Positions 51,930 to 64,000 of a stretch of 64,000 bases of DNA are shown piece by piece. Numbering within the stretch: the first letter of the stretch is position 1; each line of letters opens with the position of its first letter. A model generated the notes under the pieces. It had not been told where the DNA came from. It ran no database searches and was given only the letters and a program-made list of their open reading frames with translations. Origin of the DNA: Octopus sinensis. Its lineage: Eukaryota. Position numbers and translations under genes: made by a program. The DNA is taken from positions 90,334,001 to 90,398,000 of the forward strand of contig NC_043006.1 in assembly GCF_006345805.1 (NCBI RefSeq), given 5' to 3'.

Positions 51930-52284
51930 GTAGCCAGCCAGTAGGTGTCGCTTCCGACAATCTCTGTTCGATGGTTTTATTTACCTAGTTTCGGTGGAAT
52001 ACATCCACTTGTTTTCAATAATAGAAATATTAAAATAACTAAGTCTCTCTAAAAGAGAACAGCGGCAGCGTTCCCGGAAAATAATAGTTATCGCCATACT
52101 AATATGGCATTCTTATAAAAATAAGAAAAAAGCTGTCCGCTTATTAGCTCCATGTTCGAAGGTTATATGGATACAGTTTGTGTATCAAATAGCTAACTTA
52201 AGGCGATGGCCTCATGGAGCTAATAAGCGGACAGCTTTTTTCTTATTTTTATAAGAATGCCATATTAGTTTGGCGATAACTATT

Positions 52285-53566
<1,282 letters not shown>

Positions 53567-55115
53567 TGATTGATTTGATTTTGATTTTTGATTTTTCCAG
53601 TTTCAGCTTATGAGCTGTGGCCATGCTGGGGCACCGCCATTTGGTGTTGCTACTTGGTTTCACTTCATGAAGGCTTTCTAGCAGCTGCTATTTGGTGAAT
53701 GAGAGAGTTCGATGCAGCTGCCCTCATCTGCCCCTCCTGCCGTGAAGTTGGTTCATCTGGGACACCTGACAGGAAGAGATCCAGCTTCATTTTAAAGACA
53801 TCTGTATCCACCCCATGCAGGTCTCTCAGGATCTTCGGGAGGATATTGAAGAGCTGTGGGCCTCAGAAGCCCAGGCTATCACAGAATCTTGTCCTACATC
53901 TTGATGGCAAGTTTGGAGTCCTAGGCACCACGCAGTGGCGCCCAGTTCTGGCATTTGTGTAACTCTCGATGCCAAAGTTCAGGACACTTCCCTCCAGGAT
54001 CTTCCAGATGTATATTATGGCATATCTTTCCCGCCTACGCTCCAGGCAATATAATTTTAATTTCCTGAGTCTTTCCCAGTAGCTTACATTCTGCATAGAG
54101 GCTATCTTCTTCGTGTAGCTACGTTGGATCGCCTCGAGCTCTGTGATCAACTTGACACTGGATGGTGACCATAACTGAGAGCAGTAGTCAAAGTGGCTTA
54201 GGACAAGTGTCCTCCAGAGGACCATCATGGTTTCTTGTTCTCTTGTTCTAAAGGTTCTGAGGATCCATCCGGCCAGTCGTCTACATTTCATTGCCAAATT
54301 AGCAACATGTACACAAAAGGTCGCGTCATCACTCATGTAAATACCTAGGTTACGCACTGATTGTGCCTCTGGGATTGCTATTCCTCCGGGTGCAGTGTAT
54401 TCATTGGGTATTGCATTTAGTTTTGCATGCTGATAGTATAGAGCTTGAAACTTTTCAGCATTGAACTGCATGCTATTCTTTTCGGCCCACTTGTATATTT
54501 TGTCTAGCTCACATTGCAGGTGTTTACTGTCCTCAGGGTTCTGTATTGCCTGTGAAACTTTTGTATCATCTGCATAACTTGTGATCGTGGCTCTCTGCGT
54601 GGCTGAGGGCATGTCTGAGAGGGCCATTATGAACAGTAGTGGTCCCAGAACAGTGCCCTGCGGAACACCGCTCACTATTTGCGTGTTAATGGAAGTGGCC
54701 CCTTTGGCTACTATCACCTGACTTCTATCTTTCAGAAAGTCATGAAGCCATTCTCCCAGTTTTCCAACTATGTTGAGATCACGCAGTTTGTGACATATCA
54801 TTCCATGATCGACTTTATCAAAGGCCTTTGCAAAGTCGAGATATATCACTTCCACATTTGAGTGGTTGAGCAGTCGTTTCAGCACCCAGTCATAGTGTTG
54901 TAGGAGCTGAGTTAAACAGCTTCTCCCTGGTCGGAAACCATGTTGGGTGTCGGCAGCAAGTCATTTTCTTCAAGGAAGGTGATCAGCTTCCTTCTGACTA
55001 TTCGTTCCATGACCTTGCTGATGTGTGAGGTCAGAGAGATAGGTCTATAGTTCTTGGCTTCCGCTCTGCTACCTCCTTTATGAATGGGGCATATTTTACC
55101 TTCCTTCAGTTTTCT
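53567..55115 (-). mobile_element. 5'-truncated CR1-clade LINE (RT domain largely open)
   Basis: [52 protein letters not shown]; same subfamily as 46712-47783. Confidence 0.95.
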
Positions 55116-55166
55116 TATACATATATACATATATATATACAATATATATATATATATAATATATAC

Positions 55167-55237
<71 letters not shown>

Positions 55238-55295
55238 CATATATATATAAAAGAGTAAAAGAGTATATATATATACGTATATATATATATATACG

Positions 55296-55327
<32 letters not shown>

Positions 55328-55377
55328 GTATATATATATGTATATATATATATATATATGTATATATTATATATATG

Positions 55378-55428
<51 letters not shown>

Positions 55429-56086
55429 GTATATATGCGTATATATATGTAATATATATATATGTATATATATATATGTATATATATATGTATACATATA
55501 TATGTATACATATATATGTATATATATATATGTATATATATATATGTATATATGTATATATTATATATGTATATATATATAGTATATATATATATACGTA
55601 TATACATATATATATGTATACATATATATATGTATATATATATGTATAATATACGTATATATATTGTATATATATATATGTATATATACGTGTATATATA
55701 TATATGTATATATACGTATATATATATATGTATATATACGTATATATATATATGTATATATACGTATATATATATATGTATATATACGTATATATATATA
55801 TATGTATATATACGTATATATATATATATGTATATATACGTATATATATATATATGTATATATACGTATATATATATATATGTATATATACGTATATATA
55901 TATATATGTATATATACGTATATATATATATGTATATATGTATATATACGTATATATATATATATGTATGTATATATACGTATATATATATATTGTATAT
56001 ATACGTATATATATGTATATATACGTATATACATATATATGTATATATACGTATATATATATATATGTATATACACGTATATATAC

Positions 56087-56118
<32 letters not shown>

Positions 56119-56770
56119 GTATATATATATATGTATATATACGTATATATAATATATATATGCGTATATATATGTATATATATATATATATGCATATATA
56201 TATGTATATATATATATATATATATGCATATATATATGTATATATATATATATATATATATTGCGTATATATATATGTATATATACGTATATATATATAT
56301 ATATATATATATATGCGTATATATATGCGTATATATATATATGTATATATACGTATATATATATATATGCGTATATTATATGTATATATACGTATATATA
56401 TATATATATATATATATATGCGTATATATATATGTATATATATGCATATATATATATGTATATATACGTATATATATATGCGTATATATATATGTATATA
56501 TGCGTATATATATATATGTATATATGCGTATATATATATGTATATATACGTATATATATATGCGTATATATATATGTATATATACGTATATATATATGTA
56601 TATATGCGTATATATATGTATATATACGTATATATATATGTATATATGCGTATATATAATGTATATATACGTATATATATATGTATATATACGTATATAT
56701 ATATGTATATATACATATATATATGTATATATACGTATATAATATATATATGTTATATATACGTATATAT

Positions 56771-56804
<34 letters not shown>

Positions 56805-56821
56805 CGTATATATATATATAC
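55116..56821. repeat. TA-derived microsatellite/minisatellite with recurring TATACGTATA and TATGCGTATA units
   Basis: Direct inspection. Confidence 0.95.
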
Positions 56822-57884
56822 GTACTGATGTTCATAGTGGCCCTTTCAGACATGCCTTCAGTTGCTACGATGACCACCCTTGCTAGCTATGCAGATGAGA
56901 CAAAAGTCTCCCACGCAATACAAAACCCTGAAAATATTGCGCATCTGCAACATGAGCGGGACACAATACACAGGTGGGCTGAGGACAACAACATGCAGTT
57001 TAATGCAGGTAAGTTCCAGGCCCTGCGCTACTGGCACACAAAGGTAAACGACGTGAAGACTGGATACACTGGCCCAGGAATAATTGCAATCCCAGAGTCA
57101 AAATCAGTGCGTGACCTGGGCATTGACATGAGCAATGATGCATCTTTCCAAGTGCATATTGCTAATCTGGTGATAAAATGCAGACGGCTAGCTGGATGGA
57201 TTCTCCGAACTTTCAGAACAAGAGAGAAGGAGACATTGATGGTCCTATGGAAAACATTCGTCCTCAGCCGCTTTGACTACTGCTCATAACTGTGGTCACC
57301 ACACAATATAAAACTAACAGCAGAACTCGAAGCAATTCAGAGAAGCTACACAAAGAAAATCGTCTCAATGCAAAATATCAGCTACTGGGAAAGACTGAAG
57401 GTATTAAACCTCTTCTCCCTAGAGCGGAGGCGGGAGAGATATGCGGTGATATACATCTGGAAAATCCTGGAGGGTCTTGTCCCAAACTTTGGCATTCAAA
57501 GTTACCCCAACCGCAGAACGGGGCGCCACTGCATGGTGCCAAGGATTCCAACATCACCATCAAAATACAGGTCCAGATACTGCAACAGCTTGGGTTTCAG
57601 AGGACCACAGCTCTTTAACATCCTCCGTAAATGCCTGAGAGACTTACATGGTGTGGATGTGGGTCTCTTTAAAACTAAACTGGATCTCTTCTTGTTGGGA
57701 GTTCCAGATGATCCTACCTCACGACAGGAGACTCGGATGCGGGCAGCATCATCGAACTCCCTTGTTGATCAAGTGCCACGTATCAGAGGTGGATTCACAA
57801 ATTAGTGTAGCTCATTCAGCGGTGGTGCCCCAGCATGGCCGCGGCCTTCGGGCTAAAACATTTTTAAGGATTTAAGGATTAAGG

Positions 57885-57885
<1 letters not shown>
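56822..57885 (+). mobile_element. 5'-truncated CR1-clade LINE, second subfamily, (TTAAGGA)n tail
   Basis: [11 protein letters not shown]...YADETKV...FSLERRRERYAVIYIWKIL; one in-frame stop near 57289. Confidence 0.93.
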
Positions 57886-57919
<34 letters not shown>

Positions 57920-57921
<2 letters not shown>

Positions 57922-58593
57922 TGAAGGAATTTCAACCGTGTTTCATGGTCTGCTACCACAACAGCTCCTTTATAGGATCCAGTTAGCTCAAGACATCATC
58001 AGGAGGAACCACGTCCAGTTTCGGCCCCTTCTCCTCTACTGTTTTGACGTCCCCCCCCCCTCTTGGAGGAGTCTTCAGCTCTGGTGTTGGGTGCATGTCT
58101 TCCTTCTTCTTTCTTCTGTTCCCTGACCTCTTCGATGTAGCATCATCGAGTGTCAGCGGGTTATTGACTGTCTTGTCAAATCTCCCTTTAAATACCTGCT
58201 TCTAGACTCCAGCAGGCAGTCCCAGCAAATTGTCACATGACACTCTCTCAACTTTAACTGACCAATGAAGGAGCATAGTCTTAGCCCACGCATTCTCTAA
58301 ACGACCGTCACCTGTCAGTCAGTGAAGCTAATTCGGTGTCAGCTTGTCTCACCTAGTGATGTTTTTTTCCGCCGGCATGTTATGACTTTCAAGCCATTTT
58401 TGGTCTTCCCACTTCAGCCATATATAGAAGCTGGCTTTTTCTACCGCCTCCTGGACTCTCCTTATTAGTTTTCTCTTCTTTTAAATAGCGTTGTCATTTT
58501 TCTTTCAATGAAGCCCCTAGCCCTCACTGCCAGGTGGTAATACTCAACATTCCATCCCTGTTCTCTGCACTCTTCGATTAGTTTTTCATACCC
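57920..58593 (-). mobile_element. Hero-like (RLE) non-LTR retrotransposon 3' end
   Basis: YEKLIEECREQGWNVEYYHLAVRARGFIE, frameshift, LIRRVQEAVEKASFYIWLKWEDQKW (58593-58395); the rest is putative 3' UTR. Confidence 0.7.
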
Positions 58594-59181
58594 TTATATG
58601 TGTGTGTGTGTGTGTGTGTGTATGCCCTACCTTCCCACATATCCAGAGGCCTGAAGTGATATATTATAAAACAGCCACTTTTGTAACAGAATTCAAGAAA
58701 TATTTACAAATAGCCCACCAACTCTTCCTCAATAAAACACAAAGGTTAAAATCTCTACACAGGGATTTATGCCAGTAAAGAACAAAGAAACATTAAAAAC
58801 AATCATGATGATAGTGGAGTTCCTCATACCTGTCTCTTACAAAGCAGGAATTAAAAAATAAAATAGCATAATTTAAGAGAGAAAGAGGTGGGGAGGGAGA
58901 GAGATGGACAGCCAAACAGGCAGGAAGAGGTGAAGGACTGACCATTTTGAAGCATTTAGCCTAGTGTACTCTGTTTGTCATTGAAATATCAGTGACCAAA
59001 AACTATTCCAGTTTGAAGAAAGAGGAAACCTGCTTTCTCCACATCAGAGCTCAATCACTTCACCTTTCAGGACAGGTTGCTCTTTTCTTGGATTGAATAG
59101 ACTTTGTTGAAAATATTTTCTAGCTTCTGTTTACTCCAAAATAATTTTGTCTATTTTTACATTCCTAAAACATCTTCCATC

Positions 59182-59347
59182 CTAATTCCTTTTGATTGAA
59201 AGAATTTTACCATTAAAAGAGTACAATGAGGTTAATTCATTGTCTTTGCCAAATCTGCATTTGCCGAAATTAGTCTCTTCGATTGAAAGTAAGAGGAGAG
59301 CTTTTCTCAGACATTGCCAAATGTCTTGGCACCCGAAATATCTTTTT
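59182..59347 (-). CDS. Weak candidate terminal exon (phase 2: xKRYFGCQDIWQCLRKALL...IKRN*)
   Basis: Acceptor ttttctag|A with only a short pyrimidine tract; unique sequence. Confidence 0.2.
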
Positions 59348-59949
59348 CTAGAAAACTGTTTGTTACAGAGTTTTTTTTTGTTTTCTCTCTCTCTGTTTGT
59401 TACGAGTTTCATGAAAAGGAAAACCCATTACAGAGAAAGTTAAACAGCAACAACAGCAATGATAATAATAATAATAGGAAGAAGAAGAATTATGATGAAG
59501 AGGATGAGGTTTATGTTTTTTTGGATTAAGTATGACATTAACAGATATTTTGTTTTAAAATTAATTATATTGTTTAAAGAAATTAAAAAGAAAAAAAATC
59601 TACTTTTATTGTTTTCCTGAAACTTAATTATTCATATTCCAAATGCAAATGGATTATTTATTTAATTTTTTTAATCAAAGCATGTAATTGGGGAATTTTC
59701 ATTAGGGTTCAACATTAGCATTTGATTAATTAATATCGATTGTTTTCCATTGGCATCTACTAATTAGTAGGGTAGGAGCATAGTCAATTAAATCAACCAC
59801 AGAGCATGACTAGTATTTCATAGACATAATGAACCACCATGGAGACAGTCTTTATGTGGCTGCTTGACATCCTAAAGCTAGCAGCCAAATCTCCCTCAAA
59901 TCACATTCTAGTGTCTTAAAAGAATGGATGGATTGGAAAACGTAATATC

Positions 59950-60415
59950 AACCTCCTCCTCATCCTTCTCCTCATCATCCTCATCATCATCCTTATCATC
60001 ATCATCATCCTTCTCCTTCTCATCATCATCATCATCCTTCTCCTCCTCCTCATCATCATCCTTCTCCTCATCATCATCCTTCTCCTCCTCCTCATCATCA
60101 TCATCCTTCTCCTCCTCCTCATCATCATCATCCTTCTCCTCCTCCTCATCATCATCATCATCCTTCTCCTCCTCCTCATCATCATCATCCTTCTCCTCCT
60201 CCTCATCATCATCATAATCCTTCTCCTCCTCCTCCTCCTCCTCATCATCATCATCCTCATCATCATCATCATCATCCTCATCATCCTTCTCCTCCTCCTC
60301 CTCATCATCATCATCCTTATCATCATCATCATCATCCTCATCATCCACATCCTCATCATCCTTCTCCTCCTCCTCCTCATCATCATCATCCTTATCATCA
60401 TCATCATCATCATAA
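59950..60415. repeat. (TCA)n/(TCC)n compound trinucleotide repeat with ~27-30 bp higher-order unit
   Basis: tccttctcc(tcc)n(tca)n iterated. Confidence 0.95.
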
Positions 60416-60574
60416 CATACACTTTATTCATGTTTGCATGCGCTGGATGAAGTTTGTTGAGGCAGATTTTCTCCAGCTGGATTCCTTTCCTATCATTAAT
60501 CCTCACCTGTTTCCAAGCAATGTAATGTTTCATATGACCAGATATATTTCCATGAGAGATTGAACACAAATAAC

Positions 60575-60920
60575 TCTTTCTACTAGGTGCACACGACCTG
60601 AAATTTTGTGGGGAGGGGCTTGTCAATTTCAGTGCCCCCCCCCCTCTATGTAACTGGCACCTATTTTATCAACTCCAAAAGGATGTAAGGCAAAGTCCAC
60701 CTTGACAGAATTTGTACCCATTTCTATGGCAGTGGCACTCACTCACATGACACATTTCTAGGAGGGAGAGTGTTATAGTACAGCGCATTGATCTTATTAC
60801 ATGACTGGTACTTATCGACCCTGGACAGATGACAAGGTCTTGGCTTTAGTGGAATTTGAACTAGCAGTGTACAGGAACTTACCAAAATTCTGTAAAGCAT
60901 TCCAAACTGGTGCTCAAATT
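60575..60920 (-). mobile_element. Two diverged SINE family B copies
   Basis: tttatcaactccaaaaggatgtaaggcaaagtcc; ttatcgaccctggacagatgac...ggaatttgaact. Confidence 0.6.
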
Positions 60921-61319
60921 TTTCTTTGCCCCCCCCCCCCTTCACTATTAATAAACATGGCATGGTCATATGGCTACGATGAGTTGATGCTGCCATTGAA
61001 TGGTTGGTTATTAAGCTTATGCATTACCATTTCCTTTGTAAGCTGCAATAAAACCTCATATTGATGATAAAATTTACTTCAAATATATTTCATATGTGTA
61101 TTCTGATTTGACGTACCTATCTTAGACTTCCATTTTTAATATTAGATTAGATGAGGATGATACAGTGAATTTGCAAGTAGCTGGATGGGATAATGATAAA
61201 AATGCTGATCTAATTAGGTGAAACCTGGATCTAATGATCATAAATATGATGATACACTTGATACAATTAGATGAATGCTACTAATTAAATGATGATGATG
61301 ATGATGATATAGTTAAGTA

Positions 61320-62160
61320 TGGGGCGCGATGGGTAAAATGTCACCATTTTATATTTTTGATTTCGTGCATTAGCATTGTTTTTAATTTTGTCAACTACAC
61401 AGTATAGTAGGGTCAGTTGGGCACCATCTGTGAGAATAACATGCAATTGACTATGCTAGAAATTTGGAAATGACATCCTGTATTGCTTGGCATTCATGCC
61501 ACAACCTCCAATACAACATGTTTGGGTGTCAATCTGAGGACAGAGCAATCTGAGATGTACTGAGGGTGATAAAAATCAAACATCCAGTCAACATCTTGGT
61601 GTTTGGAATGATCACTAGAGTGATGGTGATGTTATACCACCAGTCATCTTTCGACACAGCTTCAGTCTCAATACGGAGGCCTACATGAAGTGTCTGGAGG
61701 AGGTAGTGCTGCTCTGGGTCCAGAAGGTGGCTGCTGGAAGACTCTATGTCTGGCAACGGGACTCTGCACCATGCCACACAAGCAGGAGAACCCAGTCATG
61801 GCTGTCAGACAATTTTTGCGACCACATCACTCCCAACGTCTGGCCACCTAACTCACCCTTGATTATTTATGTGTGGGGCACAGTTGAGCAAGTGACCAAC
61901 AAAACTCTTTGTAACACCAAAGATGAACTGAAGGCAAGGATTATGGCAGAATTCACCAACTTAAACAAGAGACCATCCAGAAGAGTTGCAGGAGATTCCA
62001 AAGTTCCTGGAGGCCATGGTCGAAGCCAATGGCGATTTTATTGAATAAATTTAGCGTTTAGTATTTCAAGTTATTTTTATGTAACTTTGGTAAATATATT
62101 TGTTAAAATGAGATGTCCGTGCTACTTTCATTTTTGTGTAATTTAAACGTCACCCTGTAA
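61320..62160 (+). mobile_element. Tc1/mariner element (DD37D/maT-like), internally deleted
   Basis: KHPVNILVFGMIT; YVWQRDSAPCHTSRRTQSWL...WPPNSP..YVWG; right end caccctg|ta. Confidence 0.85.
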
Positions 62161-62925
62161 TTGCCAATAATTAAGTTACATAACTTTTCTGATTCATTAC
62201 TTAATTGGCTCAGCCTCTTTGGCATCAGACAGCAAGCATTGCACCATCCATTCTGGCTTTCTATATTTCTGACTACAAATCTTTGTGTGCTCATTCTTTA
62301 CCTCTTCAGAGCCAATGGATAAAGTACCAGTTTTGGACTAGGGTTGGTTCTCCTGTCTATCTGTTTCTCTCTAAGAAAAAGAAAAAGATATATATAGAGA
62401 GAGATAGTTTCTGCTTGGTTTAAAAGTGTCCAAGACATGCTGTATGTCATGATGGCATCCCAGCAACCACATCATGACCTGAGAGGCCAAGAGGAGAAAG
62501 AAGAGCTTCCTCATATGTAGATAATCTTTAAATTGCAATTAACTCAGATCTATTCCCCCACCCCACCACCGCCCACCATTCTGTTCCACTAACACTGTAA
62601 AATCGACATATTTCTTAAATGAATAGATTTATTCTGATCTTTTTCATTGCTCCATTAGGATATAATTGAACTTAACAATTCCTATCTGTTTGCATCAGCC
62701 TCTCTCTCTCTCTCTCTCCACCACCACCACCCCATCTTCCCTTCCTACTTATATTCATAATCATTTCAATTTGGGCTGGTAATTTTACACAGACTTCACT
62801 TAGAGAAAGATGTCTGGTTATTTTAGCGCCATCTACAGTATCAGCTAAAGATTTTCAAAATCTAGAACGTAATTCTTTCGCCCCACTTTGAAGTTTTGTA
62901 GAAGGAACTGGTACTCCAGCCTGAA

Positions 62926-62950
62926 CTATATTCCTTCCATACTGACTGCT
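62926..62950 (-). CDS. Candidate terminal exon (phase 2: xAVSMEGI*; phase 1: xQSVWKEYSSGWSTSSFYKTSKWGERITF*)
   Basis: Strong acceptor ttttctcttttctag|A in unique sequence. Confidence 0.3.
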
Positions 62951-64000
62951 CTAGAAAAGAGAAAACTGATTGAATCTTGAAAATAGTAAGGTAGAGGAAT
63001 AATGCGTTTTCAGATTATTTGATTGTTTTAAGAGTTAGTCAAACTGCAATGTAGGAATTCTAATAATAATGATGATGTGAATACCAAATTTAAATCCTCA
63101 AATGCTGATTTCAAACGACGACAACAACAACAACAACAATAATAATAATAATGATAATAATAATAATAATAATAACAATGATCATGAAACAAAATATCAA
63201 GTGTTACAAAATAACAAGAATAATCAAAAATATTCTGACAATCTAATTTGTATGATAAAAGGATTTCATATAAATTCAACAATGTTCAACTGCACTATTT
63301 TTCATTCAATATAGAATCCAGAAAATTGATCTATAAATATCTGTCTTGTGCTTGCCTCTGCTATCTCTCTCCTACAACCCCTTCCCTTTCTCTCTCTCTC
63401 TCTCTCTGCCACTCTATCACTTTCTCTTTATCTTTCTCTATGTATCTCACTTTCTACTTTCATCTTTCTTATCTCTGTATTCCCTTACTTTTCTTCGGCT
63501 CTAATGAAGTTAAATGAACTATTATAGTATCTCTGAATCTATTGTTAAAATGTATTATACTCAGAGATGTGTGTCCTATTTTTATTTTTGCTTATATGTA
63601 CATACGTACGTATGTATGTATGTACGTCTCACTCGTTATCTACAAGTTGAATATTTTCTATGGAAGTCAGGATATCAGGATATCTCAATAAATAGGTTAA
63701 ACTTAAAAGATGTTCTTTTTTTTTACTTTCTATCTCAATGTATATATATATATATATTTGCACATGATACATGCATATATACATGCACACATATGCACAT
63801 TCATTCATGCATGCATAAATATATATATACATTCACAAACACAGACACGCACACACATACTTGCCTTTCAGGGAAAAGTATTAGTGGGAATACATTTAAA
63901 AAAATGTTTTTAGGGGTTAAATTCATGTTATCTTTTCTAACAACTGAAAGCAATGGCAATTTTTTAAAGATAAATGTTTTATCATATCTTCAGTTTTGTG

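Larger units (their letters stand above)
51298..52284 (-). mobile_element. Tandem 361-bp hammerhead-containing repeat (Penelope-like pLTR / retrozyme): 2 full units, 1 partial, 1 inverted partial
   Basis: Units start at 51298, 51659 and 52020, nearly identical; 52154-52284 is an inverted copy of an internal part of the unit. Confidence 0.88.

Noticed and set aside
57930-58015. Hammerhead-like CTGATGA...GAAAC on minus strand
   Set aside because: Stem I and the base of stem II do not pair well; at best a decayed motif.
59908-60626. Acidic D/E and poly-M/R ORFs
   Set aside because: Trinucleotide repeat open in several frames; adjoins an (ATC)n SINE tail; no splice support.

Overview
AT-rich, repeat-dense eukaryotic DNA with no prokaryotic gene organisation. 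The SINE types and the (TA)n/(ATC)n load suggest an octopod cephalopod (inference). No intact, recognisable host protein domain is present, and most track ORFs are microsatellite translations or transposon debris. Elements recognised: tRNA-headed SINEs, RTE and RTE-BovB LINEs, CR1-clade LINEs, an L1/Tx1-like ORF1, R4/Dong and Hero-like RLE fragments, Tc1/mariner relics, Helitron pieces and a 100-N gap. Two signals stand out. (1) A 361-bp tandem array at 51.3-52.3 kb whose two complete units each carry a minimal type I hammerhead ribozyme with a compensatory U3-A8 core, followed by an inverted partial unit (Penelope-like pLTR or retrozyme). (2) About 20 non-repetitive islands on the minus strand, each after a 3' splice-acceptor-like site and ending at a nearby stop. 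Two of them share the peptide VETCGI through synonymous-only differences, suggesting an array of alternative C-terminal exons of an unidentified large gene. The second signal is inference and needs RNA evidence. Repeat boundaries are approximate (about +/-20 nt).
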